Made by a program: the position numbers and the translations under genes. Under the pieces are notes generated by a model. That model was not told where the DNA came from, did no database searches, and saw nothing but the letters and a program-made list of their open reading frames with translations. 64,000 nucleotides of DNA from Felis catus (taxonomy: Eukaryota): NCBI RefSeq assembly GCF_018350175.1, contig NC_058368.1:121770001-121834000 (forward strand), given 5' to 3'. This document shows, piece by piece, positions 11,991 to 25,395 of this stretch (its first letter is position 1; the number at the start of each line of letters is the position of its first letter).

Positions 11991-12469
11991 GCCTAGAGGC
12001 AGCCTTTTAAATTACATTCAGCTAACTCTTGGAGTGATTTTTGCAAGCATCTAATCCCTGAATTAAGTCCCAATCTTCCCAAGATACCTAGAGTAGTTTT
12101 TGTTTTCTGCACTAAACTCTGACCAGTAAATAAATACCATCTTACACTTATTTCCTCTCTCTTCCATATACTCATGTACACACATATACTATCTTGAATT
12201 TGTATTAGTTTATAGACTATATTAAATTATCTTCTTTGAAAATACTTAATCCTGTGATGTTCTCACCTGTGGAGGTCTCATCTTAACAGTCTTATTAGTT
12301 ATATTCGTGTAACTATGGGGTACATACCATCCATCAAAACTCTGGATTTCCAGAGACCCTTCCCTCTGTCCATGAACCTTTAGCAACCTCTCAACTCAAG
12401 CTCCCATGACCTCACTCTACAGAAGAGTGCTCCACTGGCTGGCCAGCCAGTACAGTCGGATAGTGAGGG

Positions 12470-12592
12470 TGGGGCCTGGAGTGAGGCTGGTGGGGTTTCA
12501 ATCCCAGTTCTACCATTTCCAGTAGTGTGACCCATGGAAATTTCTTAATCTGTCCATGTGTCTTTTTTTTCTCGTATATAAATTGGAGATAT
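12470..12592 (+). mobile_element. MIR relic, interrupted by the adjacent L1
   Basis: tttcaatcccagttctaccatttccagtagtgtgacc...tttcttaatct MIR core. Confidence 0.6.
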
Positions 12593-13999
12593 ATTTTTTA
12601 ATCTTATTTTTAACTTTTTAAAATTTACATCCAAATTAGTTACCATATAGTGCAACAGTGATTTCAGGAGTAGATTCCTTAGTGCCCTTTACCCATTTAT
12701 CCCATCCCCCCTCCCACAATCCCTCCAGTAACCCTCAGTTTGTTCTCCATATTTATGAGTCTCTTCTGTTTTGTCCCCCTCCCTATTTGTATATTATTTT
12801 TGTTTCCTTTCCCTTATGTTCATGTTTTGTCTCTTAAAGTTCTCATTTGAGTGAAGTCATATGATATTTGTCTTTCTCTGACTGACTAATTTCACTTAGC
12901 GTAATACCCTCCAGTTCCATCTGCATAGTTGCAAATGGCAAGATTTCGTTCTTTTTGATTGCCGAGTAATACTCCATTGTATATATATATACCACATCTT
13001 CTTTACCCATTCATCCATCTGTGGACATTTGGGCTCTTTCCATACTTTGGCTATTGTTGATAGTGCTGCTATAAACCTGGGGGTGCATGTGTCCCTTCGA
13101 AACAGCACACCTGTATCCCGTGGATAAATGCCTAGTAGTGTAATTGCTGGGTCGTAGGGTCGTTCTATTTTTAGTTTTTTGAGGAACCTCCACACTGTTT
13201 TCCAGAGTGGCTGCACTAGCTTGCATTCCCACCAACAATGCAAAAGAGATCCTCTTTCTCTGCATCCTTGCCAACATCTGTTGTTGCCTGAGTTGTTGTT
13301 AATGTTAGCCATTCTGACAGGTGTGAGGTGGTATCTCATTGTGGTTTTGATTTGTATTTCCCTGACGATGAGTGATGTGGAGCATTTTTTCATGTGTCGT
13401 TTGGCCATCTGGATGTCTTCTTTGGAGAAGTGTCTATTCATGTCTTTTGTCCATTTCTTCACTGGATTATTTGTTTTTTGGGTATTGAGTTTGATAAGTT
13501 CTTTATAGATTTTGGATACTAACCCTTTATCTGATATGTCATTTGCAAATATCTTCTCCCATTATGTCGGTTGCCTTTTAGTTTTCCTGATTGTTTCCTT
13601 TGCTGTGCAGAAGCTTTTTATTTTGATGAGGTCCCAGTAGTTCATTTTTCCTTTTTTTCCCCTTGCTACTGGAGACGTGTTGACTAAGAAGTTGCTGCGG
13701 GCAACATCGAAGAGGTTTTTGCCTGCTTTCTCCTTCAGGATTTTGATGGCTTCCTGTCCTACATTGAGGTCTTTCATCCATTTTGAGTTCATTTTTGTGT
13801 CTGGTATAAGAAGGTGGTCCAGGTTCATTCTTCTGCATGTCGCTGTCCAGTTTTCCCAGCACCACTTGCTGAAGAGACTGTCTTTATTCCATTGGATATT
13901 CTTTCCTGCTTTGTCAAAGATTAGTTGGCCATATGTTTGTGGGTCCATTTCTGGGTTCTCTATTCTGTTCCATTGATCTGAGTGTCTGTTCTTGTGCCA
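12593..13999 (-). mobile_element. 5'-truncated L1 (ORF2 C-terminus plus 3'UTR), feline type
   Basis: ORFs 12896-13462 and 13562-13948 carry ORF2 motifs ([25 protein letters not shown]); TSD tggagatat (12584-12592, 14000-14008). Confidence 0.95.
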
Positions 14000-14904
14000 T
14001 GGAGATATTTTTTGTATAAGAGAGTCATTCTGAGCATAAATCTTTTAGAATGGTGGCTGATACATGATCAGTAAATTTTACTCAATTACATGTTGTCCAA
14101 TGTTTAGACAATGTGAGACATAAATGATCCGATGGATAGCCTTTAACTTACATAGGTATATTCTTGCAGTTATCTTTGCATTTCAAGGACAAAATCTTGG
14201 TTAGTTGCTAGTATATCTATCACTACCTTTTTTACACTAACAGTTACATGAATGAAGGAAGTTTGAAAAACCCTGATCCGGTCCACTAGCATATTTCTAC
14301 AGTCACTCAGTTTGCAACCTTGTCTCCACAACTCTGGTGCCTCTGCAGTGGAGAGCTTATTCATCCCCATCCAAAGTAGCCTGGGTTTGTGTTTTTTCTA
14401 CAGCAAAGAGACCTCAAGAGAGTGAATGTTAATCTGGAAGCACCTTTCTGAGGCTGATTCCCAGATGAATATGTCTTGCTGAATTTCACTAGTTTTCTCC
14501 TAGACACACCCTTACTGACAAATTAAGTTGATCTTTACTGTTTCCCTCAAATCTCAGCTCTCTTTCCTCTCTCCCTTGCTTCTGTTAGTCATGCCACCAT
14601 TTTTCTGGGTAAGATTTATATTTCAACTTCTCAGGATTGGTTGCCTGGAAAGAAAAATTTTTAGGAATAGGAATAGAATGGGGATCAATCAGTCATAATT
14701 GTCTTCCTTGGGTACAGATTAGGCAGAAGTTGGCCAACTTGATCAATTTTTCAGCCAGAACTGAACTGGACATTCAATCTCTTATCTATGAATTTATTTC
14801 CTCCATTAAATCTTCCTGGGCTGTATTTCTTCACTTTCTCACCAATCAATTTCTACTCCCCATAAAGACCCGATGAAAACCTTATGTTTCTTCTTTTTAA
14901 AAAG

Positions 14905-15720
14905 ACTTCTTTTTTTTTTTTAGACCAGTTTTAGATTTACAACAAAATTGAGAGGAAGGTACAGATATTTGCTAAGTACACACTGCACCCATGCTTGTAT
15001 AGCTTCCTGCATTAACAACCCCCACCAGAATGTGCATTGTTTCACCACAGATGAACCTCTGTTAATTATAATCACTTGAAGTGCATAGTTTACCTTAGAG
15101 GTTATTCTTGGTGTTGAACATTTTATGGGTTTGGATAAATGTGTAATGCCATGTACTCATCATTATATTACTCAGAACATTTTCAGGGCCCTAAAAATGC
15201 CTTTGTGTTCTACTTGTTCACCTGCCCTGCCTTTCCCCCAACCAGTGAGCTTTTTATTGTTTCCATAGTTTTGTCTTTTCCTCCAGAATGTTAGATAGTT
15301 GGAATTATCTATAGTAAGATTTTTTTTAAGTAGCCTTTTGAACTTGGCTTCTTTCACTTAGTAACATGCTTTTCAGGTTTTTCCATGTCTTTTCACGGCT
15401 TGATAGCTCATTTCTTTTTAGCGCTAAATAATATTTCATTGTCTTGATATATCAGTGCATTTTCCACTCATCTACAAGGATACCTTGCTTGTTTCCAAGT
15501 GTTTGCAATTATGAATAAAACTGCTATAAATATCTGGGTGCAGATTTTGTGTGTATTTAAGTTTGCAATACCTTTGGGTAAATACCAAGGTATGTGATTG
15601 CTGGATCATATGGTAAGAATAATTTTAGTTTTTAAAGAAACTGCCTGTTTTGCAACTTTGGGAACTGTCTTCCAAAGTAACTTGTACCTTTTTGCATTCT
15701 CTCCAGCAATGCATGAGAGT
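14905..15720 (-). mobile_element. Old L1M (L1MC-like) 3' fragment
   Basis: tagaccagttttagatttacaacaaaattgagaggaaggtacaga...ttgggtaaataccaagg...aaactgcc. Confidence 0.75.
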
Positions 15721-16359
15721 TAGATTTTTAATGACTAGGTTTTTAACATAGTTAATTTTTTATTTATAGATTTGTCTTCAAAATGAGATTGGGTATTATG
15801 GAGGGCAAGGCTGAGCCACACCTTATTGTTGTATGTATAATCTTCATTGTCTTACTCATAGTGGCTTAAACAATAGCACTGGATTTGAGAATTTTTGTCT
15901 TTCATTTGGTTGGCACGCTAAGGATGGGTCTAGTGACCTATATACTTTTCAGGTAACAAGGATGTTCAGAGACCTTTGAAATTTCTTGGAAGGAATGATG
16001 AGGCAAGTTGGATGATTGTCTGACAAAACATTTTCCTCTCTACCTGTCCCATCCACTCTTGACCTGGGTACCAACTCATAATCTTTACTTCTCAGCTTGT
16101 TTGCTGCACTTGGTTAGAGAAGCCTTATTTGTCTTACCCTTCTGTTAGAACTAATAGCTTTTACCACTTGGCATTTTTCTATAATCACTGTCTTTTTCTT
16201 ACAAAAGTCAGGAAACTTCCAGCACTCCCTGACTGCCTTTGCTCTTCAAAGCATCCCTGGAACTCAGAACTGCTTTCACCAAATGGGAGGCATTGAATAG
16301 CTACTGTTCAGATGAAGGAATGACTACCCAGTACATTAACTTTTAACTAAAATTTGATT

Positions 16360-16591
16360 TTTTCTCATTGCCACGTAGTATTCCATTGTGTATATAAACC
16401 ACAATTTCTTTATCCATTCATCAGTTGATGGACATTTAGGCTCTTTCCATAATTTGGCTATTGTTGAGAGTGCTGCTATAAACAGTGGGGGGTGGGAGAT
16501 GGGGATTGAGGAGGGCACCTTTTGGGATGAGCACTGAGTGTTGTATGGAAACCAATTTGACAATAAATTTCATATATTAAAAAAAATAAAA
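16360..16591. mobile_element. Short 5'-inverted (twin-primed) feline L1
   Basis: Minus-strand ORF2 end (AKLWKEPKCPSTDEWIKK) to about 16484, then plus-strand 3'UTR, AATAAA and polyA; 12-bp TSD taaaatttgatt (16348-16359, 16592-16603). Confidence 0.9.
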
Positions 16592-17604
16592 TAAAATTTG
16601 ATTAATGATAATGCTAAATTATTAGCATTGTCACTATCCTAACTTGAATTATATTTTAAACATATTGGGATGGGTGAAAGATCTGGCATGGTGGGAAATG
16701 GAGTAATAATTACATATTTTAGATGATAGTGACCTTAAACCCAATACTAATTTTTCACTAGTTTCACTAAATCTTACCCAACACTGAGTATGTGGGATTT
16801 TTTTTTTAAGATTTTATTTTATTAAAGTAATCTCCATACTCACTGTGAGGCTTGAACTCACAATGCCACTCCACTGACTGAGCCAGCCAAGCACTGCTGT
16901 GTTTTTTTTTTTTCAAGTGCCGTGTCCCTTCTGAGCCCTCTAAGTCCTCAGATACATCTTTAATACACCATCATGTACCCTGTCTATGTAGAAGAACCAA
17001 GCAGTGCGAAGTTTCCTTAGCATTCCCAGAAGCAACTCAAATCATACATTTCAGAAAATAATTCCCTTTCTTGTAATAACAGAATGACTTATAGACCATT
17101 TGCAAGGTATTACTTCAGTTGTGATTTTAGTTCAAAGCCACTGACAAGTAGGACTTGAGCCCCTGGTGAGAATTCTCTCCTTAAAAAATAAAAATCCCCA
17201 TTGTACACTGCAGAGAGATGCAAAGAATTAATTGCCATGTCAACCTTGCATTTTCTTCCTAGTTCCACGGGGCTCATAATTAGACTTCAACTGTATTTTG
17301 TATGCAAACAATGTGCAAGCATACCCATGTTCTTTTTAAATTACAAAATTTGAGCCCACATGTTAACCTTAGGAGGACCTCAGGTTTATCTTGCCTACAT
17401 GTGGGACTTGAGGCAGTTCATTAAAATGGAAGAAAGTTGACGAGCAGAGCTGAAGACCCTGCTCATGGTGTGCTGGAATATGCAAAATGGAAGGGGGGCC
17501 CTGGCATAACAACACCAGTTTTCCTGTGGAGGTGGAGATGATAACCCAGTGTCCAGGTGGATTGTGATACCAACAAGGATCATTTGGACTCCTGTGTGCC
17601 TCCT

Positions 17605-17762
17605 TTAGTTAAGTGTTCAACTCCTGATCTCGGCTCAGGTCATGATCTCACAGTTCATGATATCAAGCCGGATGTTGGTCTCTGTGCTGACAGTGCAGAG
17701 CCTGCTGGGATTCTCTCTCGCTCTCTCTCTCTGCCTCCCCTGCTTGTGCTTGTGTGCACATT

Positions 17763-17793
<31 letters not shown>

Positions 17794-17808
17794 CTAAAAA
17801 AAAAAAGA
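17605..17808 (+). mobile_element. Can-SINE, head partly lost
   Basis: ctcggctcaggtcatgatctc...(CT)n...aaataaataaac and polyA. Confidence 0.85.
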
Positions 17809-19351
17809 ATAGTTCATGAGTGGCCTTGATATTCTTAGGTATTATTTCTCAGAAGCATTGGCCTGTATGTTTTATGTCTATAGTTCTGCCTTCTCCCCAT
17901 GATCCCTCATCATGAATTCATCAAAAATGAGTCTATTTTTATCACCTGCCTGTATCACCCCTGGTGGCCAGAGTGGTAGTAGCTAAAAATAATGCTAATT
18001 ACAGCAATAATAATAGCTGCCATTTATTGGCCATCTGTTATATTCTAGGAGATTGCTAAGAGCTTTCTGTGTGTTAGGTTGTTTATTCTTCTTAAACCGT
18101 CCTATTGTCATAGACATGTCTCATCTGGGGGAGAGCTACCTTGGTGGGTATCTTCACGGGACTCTCCCTGGTGTGGGGCAGTGCCTCCCTTCAGGGTTGC
18201 CACACTTTCAATCTCTCTGCCTCCACCAAGCAAATTAGGTAAGCAGACCCTCAGGCTGGATTATCTGGATGTTAGCGTGAGCTAAGAGACAAGAGGGCAG
18301 CGATGGGGCTGATGAAATCTGTTTGAGCTGCTGGCAGTATCATTTTGGACAGACTTCCTGCCCTGTCTGCGGAGCACTGGGGGCTCCTGCTGATCTTCCA
18401 TTGTGTGCCCATCTGTACTTGTGTAGATTCTCATACAGTCTCCTTGACTGCAACCACATTTCTGGTCATATCTGTGAATTGAGAACTTTTATGCTTGCTT
18501 TATAGAACAGGAAGCTGAAACTTGCACAAATCATTAACCAAGGTCCTGTACAAACAAGTATGGTGAAGGGTTGGGTGTCAGAGTAGCTGCTTCCATTGAC
18601 ACCCATTGTGTAGGTTAAAAGGTACTCGTACCTCTGCTTGCCTGGTCAACTAGAGATGGTCACAGCAGCTGGGAAAGACAACAGAATGGCCTAGTTTTCA
18701 CAAAAGACATGTGACTAGGTATTTCCTTTATTTAACAAGATAAGCTGCCTTGATTTTCTTTACTTGGGTTGATCAATTAGACGTCCCCCTCATTCTTTCC
18801 CCCTTCATTTTCCCCTTTAAATGCTCCAAAGGATTGTAAACCTGTGAGAGATTTCAGATCAAACACGAATTTTTTGTTTCTTGAAATCTGAAGTTCCAAT
18901 TAAAAGGAAAAAAAGCTACAACTGCATAAAACTTCATCACTTGAGCCCCAAGACAGGAAGGAGCCATAAAACAGTGACACGCTAGAAACAAATTACTTGC
19001 ATTTATCAGTAAATGGGGCTGTGTATGCTAATGGGCTTCAGCTTGGGAACGTGAGGTCTGGCTGCATCCGGCTGGTTAAAAGCACAATTCATTACCAGGA
19101 GCCAGTGAAGGGTACATTCACAGCGTTTAGTGCCTGCTTCTGGGTCCCATAAGAGCAGCTGAGCATGTGCATGTTCCCTTGGAATGAATTCTCCTAGACC
19201 GTGGTTGTGAAGAGACTTCTGCTCTACAGGGCCACCCTGACCTAGCCCAGGCATGGAAACTGAAGATGAGCTCTTTTGAGGCTCCTAGTATGTGTCAATT
19301 GACGTGCCAGGAGCTTTATGGTTTGTTTTGGTCAACGAATCCTCAAGGCAA

Positions 19352-19818
19352 CTTTTTCTTTTAAGTTTTGTTTTAATACTTCATTTATTTTTGAGAGAAG
19401 GAGAGAGAGAGAGAGCACAAGCAGGGGAGGGGCAGAGAGAGCGGGAGACAACAGAATTCGAAGCAGGCTCCAGCTGTCAGCACAGAGCCCAGTGTGGGGC
19501 TTGAAGCACAGAAAGTGAGATCATGACCTGAGTCAAAGTAGGACACTTAACTGACTGAGTCACCCAAGTGCCCCAAGGCAGATACAGGCAGATAATAACA
19601 CCGTTTTATTATTTTTTTAAATTTTTGTTTTTATTTTATTTTTAAGAGAGAGAGAGAGAGAAAGCACATGGGGGCAGAGACACAGGGAGACAGAAGATCC
19701 TAAATCAGCTCTGTGCTGACATCAGAGAGCCCGATGTAGGGCTTACACTCTTGAATCGTTGAGATCATGACCTGAGTTGAAGTCAGACACTTAACCAACT
19801 GAGTCATCCAGGTGCCCC
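19352..19818 (-). mobile_element. Two adjacent Can-SINEs (about 19352-19574 and 19609-19818)
   Basis: Two heads; TSDs caaggca and ataac(a/c)cc(g/a)tttta. Confidence 0.9.
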
Positions 19819-20930
19819 AATAACCCCATTTTATAAGTGAGGAAATGGGGATTCAGAAAGGTCACTTGCAGGAGGTCACATAGGAAGGGATCAGTACAAC
19901 TTGAACCCGATTTTTAAGTTGACCTTGGCAGGCCGCCTTACCTCACAGGACCTGTGTCTGAGGAAGAAGAGCTCTAATTGGCAAAGGATTTGTGAGTGTG
20001 GGCTTTCAAATCAGGCAGACCTGGTTGCAGTCTCCTCTAACTAACTGTGTAACATCTGATAAAGACTTCCCAGCGTCTGTGTCTTTGTTACATGGGGTTT
20101 TAATACATTGTTGTAAGACATGTTAAGATTGAACCAATGTGGGGCACGTGTTGACAATCAGTGGGCATTGATATTGCTGCTGTTATTTTTAACTTGTCTT
20201 GCCTTTGAGGGTTCTATATTCTTTGTGTTTATTTACCTCTGTATATCTAAAGAACTGCAGGGATTCCTTTTCTTAGCTCTAAATTGTTCAAACTGTCATT
20301 CCAACTCATGGGCATTTACAGAGCCTTCCGGTATTAATGTTGTGGACCTCGATGCTGTCAGGAATCAAATGGAAATGGAATTATTGGCTAAGACTACTAC
20401 TTCTTTTTTTTTTCTTATTGCATGTGACAGGAAATCAAGTTCAAACAAACATGAACAAAACTGTCTTGGAACTGAAGAGTGGATTTGGCTTCAGACTTTG
20501 CACGATCCAGGTTCAGATCATATTGCAGGCACCTGGCATGTCTATCTGTTTCTATGTCTGTTGTTTCTTTCACTCTGTGTTAACTCAATTTGTACATGAA
20601 AGCAGTGATGCTGATTCTACCTCTCAGGTTGATGTCCTTGGGAAAAGGGAGGGAACTCTTTAAAGTCCTAGGATTCACTCTGGACCATCTGAGTCAAGTG
20701 CCTCCAACCCTACTGTTGAGCCTGAGGGGACTGGCATTACTGATTGGTCTCACAGAGGTGAGCCCCACCCAAAGGACTGTGCTGGGAGTGAGGAAAGGCT
20801 CCCCACCCCCTGACTCTGAAAGGAACCAGACTGGACCTTCCAAAGGAAGTAGATGGAGGCCGAGCAGCCAAATAACAAATGTTGATAACAAGTACATAGT
20901 CTCTGTCCTTCTGATACTTAGAGTCTGGTG

Positions 20931-21221
20931 TAGGGATCAGCATACTCTGGAAAGGTCCAGGTAGTAAATGTTTTTTAGGCCATGTGGTCACTACTCCACT
21001 CTGCTGTTAGAGCATAAAACAGTCCTAGGCAATTGGTAAATGAATGAGCATGGCTGCTTTCCAAGAAAACTTTATTTGCGGACATGGATTTGAATTGTAT
21101 ATTTTTCATGTGTCATGGAATATTCTTTTGCTTTTCTTGAACTGATGAAAAATGTAAAAACCATTTCCTAGCTCACGGATCATATAAGAACAGGCAGCAG
21201 GCTACATTTGGTTAACCCCTG
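20931..21221. mobile_element. MER58-family hAT MITE
   Basis: ggtccaggtagtaaatgttttttagg...aaatgaatgagcatggctg...aaactttattt...aacccctg. Confidence 0.75.
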
Positions 21222-21814
21222 ATCTACAGGTTAAAAACAAAAATTTTCCAGGTCCTCCCATTTCCCCCCATTGCCAGATTTATTTATCTCTTGTATCACC
21301 TGTAGCAGGGGGAAGTAGGGCAGTCCAGGTGAGGAGCATTTACTCCAGTAGTGGGTGGCGGTACTCACTTCCAAGTATCAGTGAGCAGTTTTGTATTTAA
21401 TGGGCTTTTGTGGCCAGTCCAGAATATTATTTTGGACACACTTATTAATTTTCTCTGCTTTGTAAGTCCTGGAGGGCTCTTTAATCAATCACCAAGTATT
21501 TTCTTGCTTTCGGATCAGTCTTCTAAATCACCACAGGAGTCAGAAAGAAGGCAAGAATGCTTTGATCTACTCCTTCTCCAACTCTTAACTATAGTCAAAG
21601 TAAAGTTCTTGGTACTCTGCAAGAAAAAAAAATAATATTTTACATTGACAACTTTGAGCTCTTTCTCTTCCACGTGTGTGAGATTGTTGCAGGCAAATGA
21701 AAAGTGCTGAGATTTCCCGAAGATCAGCACTTAAGACTATGCACTAGAGCTGCTTTGCAATGTTTTTCTTTCTCTAGTCAAGTCCGGAGAAGAACCTTGA
21801 AAATACCTTTGTAA

Positions 21815-22204
21815 AAAAATTCAAGTATAGTTAATGTATAGTATAATCGTGTTTCAGGTGTACAATATAGTGATTCAACAATTCTATGCGTTTCTCAGTG
21901 CTCATCAAGGTAAGTGTGCTCTTAATCTCCTTCACATATATCACCCATCCCCCCACCCGCTTCCCCTCTGGTGACCATCTGTTTGTTCTCCACACTTAAG
22001 AGTCTGTTTTTTTGGTTTGTTCCTTTCTTCCCCCTTTGTTTGTTTGTTTTGTTTCTTAAATTCCACATATGAGTGAAATCATATGGTATTTGTCTTTTTC
22101 TTACTGACTTATTTCACTTAGCATAATACTCTCCAGCTCCATCCATGTCATTGCAAATGGCAAGATTTCATTCTTTTTTAGGGCTGAATAATATTCCAGT
22201 GTCA

Positions 22205-22255
<51 letters not shown>

Positions 22256-23384
22256 TGTGTGTGTGTAACCATATCTTCTTTATCCAGTCATCAATCAGTG
22301 GACTTTATCTTTGGGTAAATATCCAGAAGTGCAATTGCTGGATAATAGAGTAGTTCTACTTGTAACTTTTTGAGGAATTTCCATACTGTTTTCCGCAGTG
22401 GCTGCCCCAGTTTGCATTCTGACCAACAGTGTAAGAGGATCCCCCTTTCTCCACATCCTTGCCAACACCTTTTGTTTCTTGTGTTGTTGATTTTAGCCAT
22501 TCTGACAGGTGTTAGGTGATATCTCATTGTGGTTTTGATTTGCATTTCCCTGATGATGAGCGGTGTTGAGTGACTTTTCATGTGTCTGTTTGCCATCTGG
22601 ATGTCTTCTTTGGAACAATGTCTGTTCATGTCTTCTGCCCTTTTTTAAGTTGGATTATCCATTTTGTGAGGTGTTGAGTTTTATAAGTTCTTTATATATT
22701 TTGGGTACTAAGCCTTTATTGGATATGTCATTTGCAAATATCTTGTCCCCTTCCTTAGGTTTCCTTTTGGGTTTGTTGACTGTTTCCTTCACTCTGCAGA
22801 AGCTTTTTATTCTGATGTAGTCTCAATGGATTTTTTTTTTTTTTTTTGCTTTTATTTCTCTTACTTTAGGAGACCTATCTAGACAGAAGTTGCTTTGGCC
22901 ATTGTCAAAGGAGTCACTGCCTGTGTTCTCTAGGATATTTATCTTTCAGGTTTCACATTTCGGTCTTTCATCCATTTTGAATTTATTTTTGTGTATCGTG
23001 TGAGAAAGTGGTTCAGTTTAAATCTTCTGCATGTTGCTATCCAGTTTTCCCAACACCATTTGTGGAAGAGACTATCTTTTTTCTATTGGATATTATTTCC
23101 TGTTTTGCTGAAGATTAATTGACCATATAGTTGTGGGTTCACTTCTGGGCTTTCTATTCTGTTCTGTTGATCTATGTGTCTATTTTTGTGCCAGTACCAT
23201 ACTGTTATGTTAACTACAGCTTTGTAATGTAACTTGAAGTCCAGAATTATGATGTCTCCTGCCTTTTTTTTTTTTCCTTAGGGTTACTTTGGTTTTTTGG
23301 GATCTTTTGTGGTTCCATACAAATTTTGGGATTGTTTGCTCTAGCTCTGTGAAAAATGCTGTTGGTATTTTGATAGGGATTGCA
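21815..23384 (-). mobile_element. Carnivore L1 3' fragment with an internal (TG)n at about 22210-22266
   Basis: 3'UTR tcaggtgtacaatatagtgattc; ORF 22291-22629 is the ORF2 C-terminus. Confidence 0.9.
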
Positions 23385-24744
23385 GGGTATTAAATTTTTA
23401 ATTTTTTGAGGAAACTGTTTTCCACAGGGGCTGCATCAGTTTACACTCCCACCAACAGTCCATGAGGGTTCCTTTTTCTCCACATCCTTGCCAACACTTG
23501 TTATTTCTTGTGTTTTTGATTTTAGCCATTGTGATAGGTGTGAGGTGATAACTCACTGTATTTTGATTTGCATTTCCCTGATAATGAGTGATGTTGAGCA
23601 TCTTTTCATGTGTCTGTTGGCCATCTGTATATCTTCTTTGGAGAAATATCTATTCATGTCCTCTGCCTGTTTTTTAATAGGATTATTTTTGTGTTGAGGT
23701 GTATAAAGACTTTATATATTTTGGGTATTAACCCCTAATCAGGTCTATCATCTGCATATATTTTCTCTCACTCACTACGTTGCCTTTTCATTTTTTGATG
23801 GTTTGTTACAGCTGGTTTCTTATGCAAAAGCTTTTTATTTTAGTACAGCCACAATAGTTTGATTTTGCTTTTATTTCTCTTGCCAGAGGAAACATATCCA
23901 AAAAACATTTCTACAGTTGATGTCAAAGAAATTTCTGTCTTTGTTTTCTTCTAGGAATTTGACGGTTTTGGGTCTCACATTTAGGACTTTAATCTATTTT
24001 GAGTTTATTTTTGTGTATGGTGCAATAAAGTGGTCCAGTTTCCTTCTTTGTCATGTACCTGTCCAGTTTTCCTGGCACCATTTGTTGAAGAAACTTTCTC
24101 CCACTGCATATTCTTGCCTCTTTTGTTGAGGTTAACTGACCATATAATTGTGGGTGTATTGGTGTATTTTTGGACTCTATATTCTGTTCTCTTTACCTCT
24201 GTGTCTATTTTTCTGCCAGTACATACTGTTTTGATTACTATGGCTTTGTAGTATATCTTGAAATCTGAGATTGTGATAACTCCAGCTTTGTTGTTCTTTC
24301 TCAAGATTGCTTTGGCTGTCAGGGTCTTTTGTGGTTCCACACAAATTTTAAGATTATTTGCTCTTGTTCTATGAAAAATGCTTTTGGCATTTTAATAGAC
24401 ATTGTATTGAATCTATAGATTGCTTTGGGGAGTTTAACGATATTTTTTCCTGTAATTCATGACCATGGAATTTCTTTCCATTTGTTTGTGTCATCTTCAG
24501 TTTCCTTCATCAGTATTGTATAGTTTTTTGAGTACTGGTCTTTTACCACCTTGGTTAAGTTTATCCCTACGTATTTTATTATTTTTGGTGTGATTACAAT
24601 TGGGATTGTTTTCTTAATTTCTCTTTCTGCTGCTTCATTATTAGTGTATAGAAATGGAACGAATTTCTGTACATTGATTTTGTATCCTGTGACTTTTCTA
24701 AATTCATTTATCAGTTCTAGTAGTTTTCGATAGAGTATTTAGGG

Positions 24745-24969
24745 TTTTTTTTTTTAAATTTTTTTTCAACGTTTATTTATTTTTGGGACAGAGAGAGACA
24801 GAGCATGAACGGGGGAGGGGCAGAGAGAGAGGGAGACACAGAATCAGAAACAGGCTCCAGGCTCCGAGCCATCAGCCCAGAGCCTGACGCGGGGCTCGAA
24901 CTCACGGACCGCGAGATCGTGACCTGGCTGAAGTCAGACGCTTAACTGACTGTGCCACCCAGGCGCCCC
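24745..24969 (-). mobile_element. Young SINEC_Fc-type SINE
   Basis: CpGs retained (gacgcggggctcgaactcacggaccgcg); TSD agggttttt. Confidence 0.95.
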
Positions 24970-25167
24970 AAGGGTTTTTAAATATAGTGTTATGTCATCT
25001 GCAAATAGGAAAAGTTTTCCTTTTTCCTTACCAATTTGGATGATTTTTATTTCTTGTCTGATTGCTGTGGCTAGGACTTCTAGTACTAGGCTAAATAAAA
25101 GTGGTGCAAGAGGATATCCTTGTCTTGTTCCTGATCTTAGGGGATAAGCTCTCAGTGTTTCACCTTT

Positions 25168-25395
25168 CTTTTTTTTTTTTAATTTTTTTTTTAACGTTTA
25201 TTTATTTTTGAGACAGAGAGAGACAGAGCATGAACAGGGGAGGAGCAGAGAGAGAGGGAGACACAGAATCCGAAACAGGCTTCAGGCTCTGAGCTGTCAG
25301 CACAGAGCCCGACGCGGGGCTCGAACTCACGGACCGCGAGATCATGACCTGAGCCGAAGTCGGACGCTTAACCAACCAAGCCACCCAGGCGCCCC
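25168..25395 (-). mobile_element. Young Can-SINE
   Basis: TSD tgtttcacctttc; CpG-rich. Confidence 0.95.

Noticed and set aside
20120..20599. 159-aa ORF with a hydrophobic N-terminus
   Set aside because: It runs through MIR/MaLR-like relics and T-rich sequence, so the hydrophobicity is compositional.
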